Positions 29,925 through 40,505 are shown, counted from the stretch's first letter. The stretch: 64,000 nt of DNA from a candidate division WOR-3 bacterium (GCA_039803925.1 JBDRZL010000001.1:172800-236799); one strand, 5' to 3'. The notes: a model not told the origin generated them from the letters alone. Made by a program: numbers and translations.

Positions 29925-31630
29925 TTGTTTTTAACCTCCTTTATTTCAATACCAAGTTCCTTGAGCTGCTCTTTATAAACAGATGATGGACAACCCTCAA
30001 GAAGACCTATACCCTGTGCTGTCTTCGGAAAAGCTATAACATCCCTTATACTCTTTTCTTTACCCAAAATCATTATTATTCTATCAAAACCAAGAGCAAT
30101 ACCTCCATGGGGAGGTGCTCCAAAAGATAAAGCCTTTAAAAGAAACCCAAATCTTTCCTCTATCTCCTCATCAGTGTATCCAAGAAACCTAAAAATCTCT
30201 CTTTGCAACTCAGGGCTACTTATCCTTATACTTCCGGAACCAATCTCAAAACCATTCAAAACAAGATCATAAGCCCTTGATTTTGCCTTTAAAGGCTCAA
30301 ATTTCCAGTTTTCATCCTTAGGCATAGTAAAAGGATGATGCGCAGGAACTATAACACCTTCTTCATTTTTTTCAAAAAGAGGAAAATCAATTACCCACAA
30401 AAATTTAAACTCATCTTTTAAATCAATATTTTTTAACTCTTCAATAACTTTTTCTCTCAATAAAGAACACCACTTAAAAATCTTATCCTCATCTCCAGCA
30501 ATCACAAACCTTACTCCCTCAAAAGAAAAATCAGACTTTTTAAAAAATTTCTTAAATGGACCTTTTAATTCTCCTCCTTCCAAAACAACCCAACCTAATC
30601 CAGGAAGACCTTCTTTTTTAAGCTCTTCCTCTAAACCATCAATAAATTTTCTTGAAAATTTGTAAGGAAAAAATATACTTTTAACATATTTATAATTTTT
30701 GAAAATTTCTAATTGCCCCAGAAGATTTTTGTAATCTTCAAATTTATAATCATACCTCAAATCTGGCTTATCAGATGCATATAACTCAATTACTTTTTCG
30801 TAAGTCATTCTCTCAAAAGGTATTTTTAATTCTTTTTTAAAAATTTTTTTAAAAACTTCATAAAATATTATTTCAACACAGTAAAAAATATCTTCTTCAG
30901 TTATAAAACTCATTTCTATATCGAGTTGTGTGAATTCTGGTTGTCTATCTTTTCTGAAGTCTTCGTCTCTAAAGCATCTTGCAAACTGGAAATATCTATC
31001 AAACTGAGATACCATTAAAATCTGTTTATACATCTGTGGTGATTGGGTAAGGGCGTAAAATTTTCCTTTATGGAGTCTTGATGGAACCAAAAAATCCCTT
31101 GCACCTTCTGGTGTGCTTTTTGAGAGGTATGGAGTTTCAACCTCAATGAATCCCATTTCGATTAAAGTTTTAGTCATTATAAATTTAACCTGGCTTCTCA
31201 GTTTAAAAACTTCTTTCTTCTTCTTGCTTCTTAAGTCAAGAAATCTGTATGATAGCTTTGTTTCCTCAAAAACTTCTTTCTCCTCATCAGGTAAAAAAGG
31301 AAGTATATTAGATTTTGAAAAAATTTCAATTTCTTGAGCAAGAACTTCAACATCACCTGTTTTCATATCAGGATTTTTATCCTTATCTGGTCTTTCTCTT
31401 ACTATACCTTTTACTTTTAATGTTGAATAAAGGGGTAAATTTTTAATTTTATTTTTTATTTCTTCATTTTCAACTACAATCTGAACCTCTCCTTCTCTAT
31501 CCTCAAGAACAAAAAATGAAATCTTACCTATTTCTCTCTTTCTTTTTAACCATCCACATAAAGTGATATCTTTTCCTATATATTTACTATCAACTTCACC
31601 GCAGTAGCAAACTCTCATTTCAGTTTTCAT
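29921..31630 (-). CDS. aspS: aspartate--tRNA ligase
   Basis: It has an N-terminal OB fold. The class II motifs FRDEDFRKDRQPEFTQLDIE and GGIALGFDRIIMIL are present. The length is 569 aa. Confidence 0.9.
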   Translation of the reverse strand: MKTEMRVCYCGEVDSKYIGKDITLCGWLKRKREIGKISFFVLEDREGEVQIVVENEEIKNKIKNLPLYSTLKVKGIVRERPDKDKNPDMKTGDVEVLAQEIEIFSKSNILPFLPDEEKEVFEETKLSYRFLDLRSKKKKEVFKLRSQVKFIMTKTLIEMGFIEVETPYLSKSTPEGARDFLVPSRLHKGKFYALTQSPQMYKQILMVSQFDRYFQFARCFRDEDFRKDRQPEFTQLDIEMSFITEEDIFYCVEIIFYEVFKKIFKKELKIPFERMTYEKVIELYASDKPDLRYDYKFEDYKNLLGQLEIFKNYKYVKSIFFPYKFSRKFIDGLEEELKKEGLPGLGWVVLEGGELKGPFKKFFKKSDFSFEGVRFVIAGDEDKIFKWCSLLREKVIEELKNIDLKDEFKFLWVIDFPLFEKNEEGVIVPAHHPFTMPKDENWKFEPLKAKSRAYDLVLNGFEIGSGSIRISSPELQREIFRFLGYTDEEIEERFGFLLKALSFGAPPHGGIALGFDRIIMILGKEKSIRDVIAFPKTAQGIGLLEGCPSSVYKEQLKELGIEIKEVKNK

Positions 31631-32720
31631 CTTTTTTCCTCCATATTATATAAACATCTGACTTAAAAATCTTTATATCCTTTATCTCAAAATTTTTCAT
31701 AAATTTTTTAAGACCCAACCCTGTCAATGGTGAAATTCCGTCACCTGCTATTTTCCCGGAATAGGATGCATGAATCTCATCAAAAAGTCCTGCTTTTAAA
31801 AAGGCTGATAAAACAGTACTACCTCCTTCAACAAGTAATGAAGTTATATTCATTTTATAAACTTTTTTAATAAAATTTCTTAAATTAACTCTTCCTTTTC
31901 CTTTAATTTTAATTAAAAAATCATAATTATTCCCCTTATAATCCTCTGAAACAACTATAAACCCCTTTTCATCCTTAAAGAAATTCTGATTTTTAAATTC
32001 AAAATTTTCTTTTCCCCATAAGATAAATCTGTAAGGTTTCCTGAAGGAAAAAACTTCTCTTGGAGTTAAAAGAGGGTTATCTTTTAAAAAAGTTCCTTTA
32101 CCTACAACTATAGCATCATAATTTCCTCTTAAATAATGAACAAATTCTCTTTCCTCTTCGCTTGAAATCCATTTAGATGTTCCATCATTCAAGGCAATTT
32201 TGCCATCTAATGTCATTGCAAATTTTAAAGTTATGTATGGTCTCTTTTTAGTCTTATAAGTAAAGTAAAACCTGTTAAGCTCCTTACATTCCTTTTCCAG
32301 AATTCCTGTTATTACTTTTATATTATTTTTCTTTAAATATTCTATCCCTTTTCCATTCACCCTTTCATCAGGATCAATATTTCCTATAATAACCTCCTTA
32401 ATTTTCTTTTCAACAATATATGGAGCACAAGGGGGTGTTCTACCATAATGAACACAGGGTTCAAGGTTTATATAAAGAGTTGCACCTTCTATATCTGAAG
32501 GTAAATAATCAAGAGCTATTCTCTCTGCATGTTTTGTTCCAGGACCCATGTGATAGCCAGTTGATATAACTCTTCCCTTTTTTACCACAAGGGCACCTAC
32601 CAAAGGATTCGGAGATACTCTACCCTCACCTAATCTTGCTATTTCTAAAACTTTTTTCATATAAAATTCATCAGGAGAAAAATTTTCATCTTTTCTTTCT
32701 ATAAAATCAAAAATATTCAC
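31620..32720 (-). CDS. ribD: bifunctional riboflavin biosynthesis protein RibD (deaminase/reductase)
   Basis: The CMP/dCMP-type deaminase motifs HAERIAL and PCVHYGRTPPC are present. A C-terminal RibG-type reductase domain follows. Confidence 0.85.
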   Translation of the reverse strand: MNIFDFIERKDENFSPDEFYMKKVLEIARLGEGRVSPNPLVGALVVKKGRVISTGYHMGPGTKHAERIALDYLPSDIEGATLYINLEPCVHYGRTPPCAPYIVEKKIKEVIIGNIDPDERVNGKGIEYLKKNNIKVITGILEKECKELNRFYFTYKTKKRPYITLKFAMTLDGKIALNDGTSKWISSEEEREFVHYLRGNYDAIVVGKGTFLKDNPLLTPREVFSFRKPYRFILWGKENFEFKNQNFFKDEKGFIVVSEDYKGNNYDFLIKIKGKGRVNLRNFIKKVYKMNITSLLVEGGSTVLSAFLKAGLFDEIHASYSGKIAGDGISPLTGLGLKKFMKNFEIKDIKIFKSDVYIIWRKKDEN

Positions 32721-32735
32721 AATTTAATTTTTAGT

Positions 32736-34841
32736 TTAGAATCTTATTGTGAGAGGAACCCATACAGCTATAGGATTTCCGTTCTGGTCTTTTGCAGGTT
32801 CAAATATGTAACCCTTTGCAGCTTCAACAGCAGAATTATCAAGAAAATCATAACCACTACTCCTTGTAACCTTTACATCTTTTACTCTTCCGGCTTCATC
32901 AACAAGTACCCTTAAATACACAACTCCCCTTGCACCCAGCTTCTTTGCAATATCTGGATAACTGGGCTTTACCTCCTGTTTTACCACAGGCATAATAGTT
33001 GGAATAAGAGTTTGAGGCGGTGGGGTCTCTTCTATTTTTTCTTCTTTTGGTGCTTCACTTACTTCTTCTTTTTTCTCCTCAACTGGAGGAGCCTCTACTT
33101 TTTTTGCAGCTTCCTCTGCTATTCTTTTTTGTAAAAGTTCTTCAGCTGTTATCTCAGGTTGAGTAACTTTCACTGGTTTTGGCTCTTCAGGTATAGCTTT
33201 TAATTCTTCTTTTTCTATTTTTCTCTCAGAAATAGCCTCAGTTTCAGGCTTTGGCATTTCCCTTTTTATTTCAAAACTCACCCTTTCAGTTCTACTTGCT
33301 GAAGGAATCCATACAAGGTCAAGGTTAGAAATAAGAATACCGGAAGCATAGTTCTCTATATTCTTAATCCTGTTAGAAAATGCAAAGATTTCCTGAGGAA
33401 CTATAAGGGGGGTGATAGGTAACTCTTTCTGAAGTATCATTTGCAGAGAGGATAGCATCTTTTTTGCATTTTTTCTATTTAAAGTCATCCTTGAAAGGTT
33501 TAAAAGAGAATCCACCTTTTTATTGCTATAACCCATAAAATTAAAAATTCCACCACTCTCCAATAAAGGACTTAGATCTACTTTTTCATTGAGAGGATAG
33601 GAAAGTATAAAAGCATCAAAATCTGAAGATATAAGTTTTGATACAAATTCAATAGGTGGAAGTGCAAGGAGATTAATTTTGACAAAGCCTGTGTTTTCCA
33701 GGTCACTTTTTATATTTTCAGCTAATTTCATATATAATTCCTGTGTGTTATCATACAAAATGTTAATCTGAAAAGGTTTTCTTTTTGTATATCCATATCT
33801 TGATAAAATAGAAACTACTTCATTAGAGTTTGATTTTTCTAAGTCTTTTAAGGTGCTATCATAAGCCCAGATTGAAGGAGGGATAATTGATTTTGCTTTA
33901 ACAGCGTATCCTTTAAAAACACTATCAATTATATTATCAACATTTAATATACCTGATACAACTTTTCTGAATTCAAGGCTATTAAAAGGCTCTTTTTTTA
34001 AATTCCATCCTATAAAAATAACCCTGTTTGATTCATAATTCTTTATCTTTCCTTTATCAAAATCCTTTAACCCGTGTAGTATAACTTCAGGAATTAAAGA
34101 AAAACCAATATCAATTAGATCCATCTTCAATGCTTCGGCTACATCTTCTGGAGTATCATATATTTTAAAAACTATTCTATCTACAAAACCTGTTTTTTCA
34201 AAAAATTCATTAAACTTCTCAAGAACAAGTCTATCACCTTTTATGTAATCAACAACTTTATAAGGACCATTACCAATAGGTTTAATTGAAAATTCAGAAT
34301 TTCTTACATCCGGAACATCCCTTAATATATGTTCAGGTAAAGGATATATTTCACAGTCAATTAATTGGGAAGAATAAGTATGAGTGAATTCAATTTTGAG
34401 TACATAATCAGAAATCTTTTCTATGTTCTTTACAAATCTGAAATTACCTTTTAATAAAGAATTTGAATTTGGAGAAGTTATCAGTTTATAGGCAAATATA
34501 AAATCTGAAGCAGTCACAGGTTTTCCATCATGCCATTTTGCATCCTTCCTTAGATAAAAAGTAATCGTTTTAAGATCTTCTGAAAATTCCCATTCTGAAG
34601 CTATACCGGGATATACTTTATTTTTCTCAACTCTTATAAGGGGATAGTAAATTAAATCAAAAATTGAATTATCCTGTCTTGTTGAAGGAAATGCGGGAAT
34701 AAGTGATTCAAAATCCTGTGTAATACCAATCGCAAGAACACCGCCTTTTTCAGGGTTTTGGGGTAATTCTCTCCCTATCCTGATGCAGGAATACATTAAT
34801 GTTGAAAAAACTAAAATTATCACACCTATTAAATTCCTCAT
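32736..34841 (-). CDS. ABC transporter substrate-binding protein (family 5, Opp/Dpp/Nik-like) fused to a Pro/Glu-rich linker and a TonB C-terminal-like domain
   Basis: It has a lipoprotein-like signal (…LMYSC) and an SBP_bac_5-type N-terminal 520 aa (GIASEWEFSEDLKTITFYLRKDAKWHDGKPVT). A PEEPKPVKV.../EEKKEE linker follows. The terminal ~85 aa (SYPDIAKKLGARGVVYLRVLVDEAGRVKDVKVTRSSGYDFLDNSAVEAAKGYIFEP...) match the TonB_C fold signature. Confidence 0.6.
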   Translation of the reverse strand: MRNLIGVIILVFSTLMYSCIRIGRELPQNPEKGGVLAIGITQDFESLIPAFPSTRQDNSIFDLIYYPLIRVEKNKVYPGIASEWEFSEDLKTITFYLRKDAKWHDGKPVTASDFIFAYKLITSPNSNSLLKGNFRFVKNIEKISDYVLKIEFTHTYSSQLIDCEIYPLPEHILRDVPDVRNSEFSIKPIGNGPYKVVDYIKGDRLVLEKFNEFFEKTGFVDRIVFKIYDTPEDVAEALKMDLIDIGFSLIPEVILHGLKDFDKGKIKNYESNRVIFIGWNLKKEPFNSLEFRKVVSGILNVDNIIDSVFKGYAVKAKSIIPPSIWAYDSTLKDLEKSNSNEVVSILSRYGYTKRKPFQINILYDNTQELYMKLAENIKSDLENTGFVKINLLALPPIEFVSKLISSDFDAFILSYPLNEKVDLSPLLESGGIFNFMGYSNKKVDSLLNLSRMTLNRKNAKKMLSSLQMILQKELPITPLIVPQEIFAFSNRIKNIENYASGILISNLDLVWIPSASRTERVSFEIKREMPKPETEAISERKIEKEELKAIPEEPKPVKVTQPEITAEELLQKRIAEEAAKKVEAPPVEEKKEEVSEAPKEEKIEETPPPQTLIPTIMPVVKQEVKPSYPDIAKKLGARGVVYLRVLVDEAGRVKDVKVTRSSGYDFLDNSAVEAAKGYIFEPAKDQNGNPIAVWVPLTIRF

Positions 34842-34852
34842 TTTACACCTCC

Positions 34853-35662
34853 TTATTTACTCCTATATTTTAAAGCAAATATATTATAATTTGTAAAATT
34901 TAATGGATTAACAGGAAAACCTTCACTCCATATCTCAAAATGTAAATGTGGTCCTGTACTTTTACCTGTATTCCCGACCCTCCCTATTATTTCACCTTTT
35001 CTTACCCATTCTCCCTTTTTAACTTTTATCTCCATTAAGTGTCCATAAAAAGTCTTTATACCTCCACTGTGTTCTATCCACAGATAAAGTCCATAATTTT
35101 CATCAATTCCTTTTTCCTTAACTATTCCATCAAAAGGTGCTCTAACAGGTGTTCCAGATGAAGAAACTATATCAATACCAGGATGAAGAGGTGAATAAAA
35201 ATTACTTATAATACCCTTCACAGGTAAATCAAAAGATAGGGCACTCCTTTTTGGTTCCTTATCTTTATTTTCAGATATTTCAGATTGCACAAAATCTAAG
35301 TTTTCCTTAATATTTTTTAATTCAGTTTTTAAAACTTCTTCAGGTTTTAAAAGATTTTCAAGCTTCTTTGAAAAAAGTATAAATTTTTCAAGTTTTGATT
35401 CAAGTTCTTTTATTTTTTTTTCTTGAATTTTTACTTTATTTGCTTCATATTCAAGCATTTTCATCTTTACAAAATTTCCAAGCATCCATAAAGAAAAAAA
35501 TGTTATTGAACTTAAAACAACTAAAATAAATATTGATAAAACTTTTAAAAATTTTATTAAAGAGGGAGATAAATAAAAGTCTTTAACTTGAGAAGCACCG
35601 TCAGGTATTATTTTTAAAAAAACCCCTTTTTCTTTTTTATTCAAGTGAAGGAGGCTCCTCAA
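34853..35662 (-). CDS. M23 family metallopeptidase (EnvC/LytM-like) with an N-terminal coiled coil
   Basis: It has a TM/signal segment followed by a coiled coil. The M23 motifs are HPGIDI, GLYLWIEHSGGIKTFYGHL and HLHFEIW. Confidence 0.8.
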   Translation of the reverse strand: MRSLLHLNKKEKGVFLKIIPDGASQVKDFYLSPSLIKFLKVLSIFILVVLSSITFFSLWMLGNFVKMKMLEYEANKVKIQEKKIKELESKLEKFILFSKKLENLLKPEEVLKTELKNIKENLDFVQSEISENKDKEPKRSALSFDLPVKGIISNFYSPLHPGIDIVSSSGTPVRAPFDGIVKEKGIDENYGLYLWIEHSGGIKTFYGHLMEIKVKKGEWVRKGEIIGRVGNTGKSTGPHLHFEIWSEGFPVNPLNFTNYNIFALKYRSK

Positions 35663-36629
35663 TTATAGCTTTTAAAAGAGCATATGTTTCTTTTAAATCT
35701 TTCAACAAAATTAAAGAAGAAGGGGAATGTGTGTATCTTATTGGAATTGTTATTGCTATTGATGGAATCCCACCTCTTGCAGTTTGAATTGAGAAAGCAT
35801 CTGTCACTCCCCAGCTCCCAGCATCCCTTTGAACCTTAATACCTCTTTTTTCAGCAAGTTTTTCAAGATAATTTACAAGTTTTAACGGAAAAACAGTTCT
35901 TAAATCCATAACCCTTATGCCTGCTCCTCCACCAAGTCTGAATGACCTTTCAGGTTCAGTATAAGTATCACCTGTAGTTGAAACATCGATAGTAAATACA
36001 AAATCAGCATTTAAGTAATCAGCAAAAACTCTTGCACCCCTCAAACCAAGTTCTTCTTGAACATTAAATACAAAATATATGTCCTGTTCTAAATTTTTTA
36101 TATCCTTTATTAATTTTATTAATAAACTTACACCGGCTCTATTATCTAAATTCCTTGCTATCACTTTATCATCCTGCACTATAAAGTTAGAAGAAATAAC
36201 AGCAGGTTCACCAACAGGAACAAGGTTTAAAGCTTCTTCTCTTGAAGAACAACCTATATCTATGATTATTTCCTCAAATCCTTTTATTTCCTCTTTTTTC
36301 CAGTTTTTACCACTAAAAATTCCTATCACACCATTTCTAAAAATTACTCTGTGGCCTGTGTAAAGATGCGGATAAACCCTTCCTAAGGGGGAACATTTTA
36401 TAAATCCTCTTTTATCAGCATCCACACAGGCAATACCTATCTCATCAATATGAGCACTAAAAGCAAGAGAGGGTTTCCTTCCTTCATGATGAAAAATAAG
36501 GTTACCAAATCTATCTTCAATTAACTTTAAATTTTCATCTTTAATTAGTTCCTTTATTTTTTCCCTTACTTTTTCCTCAAATCCAGATGGACCAAAAGTT
36601 TCACACAATTCCTTTAAAATTTTCTCCAT
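35637..36629 (-). CDS. M42 family aminopeptidase (FrvX/TET-like)
   Basis: Motifs HIDEIG and DNRAGV are present. Co-catalytic metal ligands are conserved. It is 330 aa. Confidence 0.75.
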   Translation of the reverse strand: MEKILKELCETFGPSGFEEKVREKIKELIKDENLKLIEDRFGNLIFHHEGRKPSLAFSAHIDEIGIACVDADKRGFIKCSPLGRVYPHLYTGHRVIFRNGVIGIFSGKNWKKEEIKGFEEIIIDIGCSSREEALNLVPVGEPAVISSNFIVQDDKVIARNLDNRAGVSLLIKLIKDIKNLEQDIYFVFNVQEELGLRGARVFADYLNADFVFTIDVSTTGDTYTEPERSFRLGGGAGIRVMDLRTVFPLKLVNYLEKLAEKRGIKVQRDAGSWGVTDAFSIQTARGGIPSIAITIPIRYTHSPSSLILLKDLKETYALLKAIIEEPPSLE

Positions 36630-37626
36630 ACATTTCCTCCAAAGTTTTTAAAAGAAGCTTTTTTGTATTGATTAAATCCTCTTCATATAAAAGTGAGGCT
36701 TTTGAATGAATATATCTGCATGGAACAGCTATTACACAAGATTTTACTCCTTTATTTGTCAAAGAAATAACTCCTGCATCCGTTGCTCCAGTTAAAGGTA
36801 TTTTCCACTGAAATTTAATATTATTTTTAAAAGCTGCCTTTTCTATATATTTAATTAAAACTTCATCAACTATAAGAGATCTATCCATTTTTGTTATAAC
36901 AGGTCCCCCTCCCATCTTCGGGTAATACTCCTCCTCTGGGTGATATGGTTCAAAAGCAAAAGTTCCTTCAAGAATAAAGGCAAGATCAATATTTTTTCTT
37001 TTTGAAGCAATCCTTGCACCCATAAGACCTGTTTCCTCCTGAGTTGTAAATATTAAAACAGAATCACAGGGTAAAGTATCATCAAGGATTAAAGAAAGAA
37101 GAATAGAACTACCTGCTCTATCATCAAAAGCTTTTCCCTTATAAACTCCTTTTCCAATTTCTTCAAATTTAGTCAAAAAAACACCTTCTTCACCTATATC
37201 TACTTTTCCTTTTGCTTCCTCTTTTGAGTAAACACCTATATCTATTACAAGTTTTTCATAGGTATATTCTATGCTGTTTTTTTTGTGTGGTGGAAGGCTC
37301 GAAATCACACCTTTAACACCATTTAAAAGTTCAACCTCAGTTCCTGGTAATATTTCAGCTTCAAGTCCTCCAAGAGGTTTAAATTTTAAAAAACCATCCT
37401 GGGTATAACCTGTAATTATAAAACCAACCTCATCAATATGAGCCAGAATCGCAATGTTTAAATCTGTTTTATTTTCTCCCTTTTTGTATACATAAATATT
37501 ACCAAAAAAATCCTCTTCATAATTAATCCCTTTTTCCTCCAGTCTTTTTTTAATAAAATTTCTAACTTCTTCCTCTCTTCCAGGAGGCCCTTTTAATTCT
37601 GATAATTCTTTTAAATACTCAATCAT
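36601..37626 (-). CDS. M42 family aminopeptidase (second, tandem paralog)
   Basis: Motifs HIDEVGF and DDRAGS are present. It is 341 aa. It overlaps the downstream M42 paralog by 29 nt. Confidence 0.75.
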   Translation of the reverse strand: MIEYLKELSELKGPPGREEEVRNFIKKRLEEKGINYEEDFFGNIYVYKKGENKTDLNIAILAHIDEVGFIITGYTQDGFLKFKPLGGLEAEILPGTEVELLNGVKGVISSLPPHKKNSIEYTYEKLVIDIGVYSKEEAKGKVDIGEEGVFLTKFEEIGKGVYKGKAFDDRAGSSILLSLILDDTLPCDSVLIFTTQEETGLMGARIASKRKNIDLAFILEGTFAFEPYHPEEEYYPKMGGGPVITKMDRSLIVDEVLIKYIEKAAFKNNIKFQWKIPLTGATDAGVISLTNKGVKSCVIAVPCRYIHSKASLLYEEDLINTKKLLLKTLEEMYGENFKGIV

Positions 37627-40505
37627 CTATTTTTTAAAGTTTTTTTTAAAGAATCTATCTTATTTTTAAAGGGCTCAGGTAGATTACGCATCCTCTCGGT
37701 AAGTTTTATAATCTCTCTCAATTTTTGTGTATCACCTTTCAGATTATATAGGGTCAAAAAGTCCATTATTAAGAAGGGATCAGCAAATCTAAAACTCAAA
37801 GCTTTATTAAAATTCTCCTCTGCTTTATTTAAATCTTTAAGTCCCAAATAACTTTCACCAATCACCCTATAAATCTCAGGAGCCTGAGCTTCTTTTAAAA
37901 TATCCTGAGCCTTCAATAAACCTTTTTCATATTCACCTTTCCTATTATAAAGATCAGCAAGAGTGAGTTTCACTGCAATCCAAGCTCTTTCCTCCTCAGG
38001 TTCACCTGATTTAACATCACCCTGGAAAAGTTCAGAAAATTCAAACTCTTTAATAGCCTTTTCAATTTCTCCAATACTCTGATAATAAAGACCAAGAACT
38101 ATTGCAAGAGAACGATACTGACCAAGTAATCTATCATGAGTTAAATCCTTAAAAACACTTTCATCTTTTTTACCATCTTTCAATATCCCTCTGTATCTAA
38201 ACCTATTATGTAAAAAGTCCTCTGTTTTACTAACATCCATACCTGTTCCAAATGGTGATGTAATTTCCTGTTTGAAAGGTGTAACTCTATAAACCATACC
38301 TTCAAGTAAAAGATAATCTTGAAAATCCCTGTAAGATTTTCTTTCACAGGTCATAGAAAAAAATAAAGGTGGTTTAGGCAATTTGTTTTTACCTTTTTCA
38401 ATTACTTCCTTCATAAATTCTCTTCCATCCCATAAGAAAATTTCAGGTATTGAAACCCCTGTGGGTAATGTTCTTGTTTTCGTATTTTCATTAAATTCAT
38501 AGCCAAATACACCAGCAATAATATCCCTTATCATTATATCTCTCACAAGAACAATATCTTTTTCTGTTCTGAAAGGAATAAGTTTTTTTATTTCATCCTC
38601 TGTAAAATGAATAGGAACTCCCCATCTCTTGAGCTGAATGTTATACCAGTCAGTATTTAAAAGAGAAAGGTTAGCAACAATAACACTCTTCTTATAACCA
38701 AATAAAATCTGTAAAGCCCATAGGGGAAATGTATCATTATCACCGTTTGTAAATACTATTCCACCATCATCAACACAGGAAAGTAAATTATAAGAGTAAT
38801 CTTCAGCAATATAATTTTTACTTCTATCAACTTTATGATAGAAAGCACTTATCTGCCAGATTGGAATAAAAATTGAAAAGATAATAAAGATATATTTTAA
38901 ATAAACACTGAATTTTTCTTTTAAATTTTCAAAAGAAAGTCTTATTATTTCAAAAAGTCCAAATCCAGCATAGAGACCAAAGAAAAAGTATCCAGGAATA
39001 AAAAAGTAATCCCTATCTCTAACCTCTGTAGGAATTGAGTTTAAAAGTTGTAAGAAACTTGGGTTATTTAAATCAAATATTGATAAAACTTCTCTTATTC
39101 TTTGAGAATATAAAAATTTGGGAAACTGCTTTATGAAATTTAGAAAATCTATTAGAGTTGAAGGGTAATTTAAATTTAATTGAACTATTAAACCAAGAGT
39201 TCCTATTATAAAAGCTCCACCAAAAAGAACAAAACTTTTCCAGTCAGAATATATATGCGAAATTATACCTATTATTCCAAGTATTACAATTAAGGGGATA
39301 AACTGCCAGGAAAAATAATAAAAAAATCCCCATATTTGATCTATAAAAGACCAGAATTGATTATAAACAGGAGTTGAAAAAAACTCACCTTGTCTTACAT
39401 TACTTGTCCTTCTTGGATAAATATTCATAGGTTCGTATTGTTTCCTTGATAAAACATCCCAGAAAGATTGCCATGTTTTTGGTTCAACCTGATTTATTGG
39501 AGTATCAAATCTTGACCTTATCAAAAGATAAAATTCAGGTGTAACTCCAATAATTATAAAAATTAAAGCAAAACCCCTTGCATCAAGAAAGAGTTTTGTA
39601 TATATGAAAGTTATAAGTAATAAAAAGATTGTGGAAACAAAAATTAAAATTTTCCACTGCTGAAATATTGAAACCAAGGACAAAATAAATAGAATAAAAT
39701 AAATTATTTCAAAAGAATTAAAAAGAAATTTTTTATTATGCTTTTTCCATATGGAAGTATAAGAAAATAAAGAACCTGTAATTATAAAAAGAAGAAGAGC
39801 CTTCAAACTGAAAGGCTCATATGTTGCCCTTAAAGCTCCTGCAAGAAGCAAAAAAATCCCTATACTGGATAAAAATTCTATATTAAAAATTTCTTCTTTT
39901 TTGATAACTGCAATGAAAATAAGCAAAACAGGAATTATAATAAGAGAAAGTAAATGAATTCCAGAACTTAAAGATAATAAGTAAAAAGCTGTTATAATAT
40001 ACCTAAGGGAATCATTTTTATCTTTTTTCTCCCACCAGAGAAAAAGTAAATACACTGAAAGAGTAATAAATAAGGTTGAAGGAACATAAGTCTCAGCTTC
40101 TATTCCACTCCACCAGGTTGTAAAGGTAAAGGGTGCACATAAAGAACCCATAAAAGCTGAGAAATGCTTTAAAATATCAGGTAGCTTTTTAGAAACCCTG
40201 TTAAAGATTTTATATAAAAGTAAATAGCCAATTCCTGCTGAAAATGCTCCTGAAAGAATAGCAGCAAGAGTAATTTTCTGGACTACATTTAAAAAGGGTA
40301 TAGGGAGCAGAGAAAAGAATCTCCCTACAATAACATAAAAAGGTGTTCCTGGAGGATGAGGTATTCCAAGAATCCAGGAAGTTGCCAAAAATTCACCCAC
40401 ATCCCAGAAAACAATTGTTGGAGCCGTTGTTTTAAGATAAATAACAAAAGTTATTATAAAAGATAAAGAGAAAAAAATTTTTTTTGTTAAATTTTTATTT
40501 TCCAT
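37623..40505 (-). CDS. large polytopic membrane protein with C-terminal TPR repeats (GT-C / DUF2723-like glycosyltransferase candidate)
   Basis: At 960 aa it has more than 12 predicted TM helices. The N-terminal loop reads WDVGEF...GIPHPPGTPFY. The C-terminal ~150 aa are TPR-like. Confidence 0.45.
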   Translation of the reverse strand: MENKNLTKKIFFSLSFIITFVIYLKTTAPTIVFWDVGEFLATSWILGIPHPPGTPFYVIVGRFFSLLPIPFLNVVQKITLAAILSGAFSAGIGYLLLYKIFNRVSKKLPDILKHFSAFMGSLCAPFTFTTWWSGIEAETYVPSTLFITLSVYLLFLWWEKKDKNDSLRYIITAFYLLSLSSGIHLLSLIIIPVLLIFIAVIKKEEIFNIEFLSSIGIFLLLAGALRATYEPFSLKALLLFIITGSLFSYTSIWKKHNKKFLFNSFEIIYFILFILSLVSIFQQWKILIFVSTIFLLLITFIYTKLFLDARGFALIFIIIGVTPEFYLLIRSRFDTPINQVEPKTWQSFWDVLSRKQYEPMNIYPRRTSNVRQGEFFSTPVYNQFWSFIDQIWGFFYYFSWQFIPLIVILGIIGIISHIYSDWKSFVLFGGAFIIGTLGLIVQLNLNYPSTLIDFLNFIKQFPKFLYSQRIREVLSIFDLNNPSFLQLLNSIPTEVRDRDYFFIPGYFFFGLYAGFGLFEIIRLSFENLKEKFSVYLKYIFIIFSIFIPIWQISAFYHKVDRSKNYIAEDYSYNLLSCVDDGGIVFTNGDNDTFPLWALQILFGYKKSVIVANLSLLNTDWYNIQLKRWGVPIHFTEDEIKKLIPFRTEKDIVLVRDIMIRDIIAGVFGYEFNENTKTRTLPTGVSIPEIFLWDGREFMKEVIEKGKNKLPKPPLFFSMTCERKSYRDFQDYLLLEGMVYRVTPFKQEITSPFGTGMDVSKTEDFLHNRFRYRGILKDGKKDESVFKDLTHDRLLGQYRSLAIVLGLYYQSIGEIEKAIKEFEFSELFQGDVKSGEPEEERAWIAVKLTLADLYNRKGEYEKGLLKAQDILKEAQAPEIYRVIGESYLGLKDLNKAEENFNKALSFRFADPFLIMDFLTLYNLKGDTQKLREIIKLTERMRNLPEPFKNKIDSLKKTLKNR

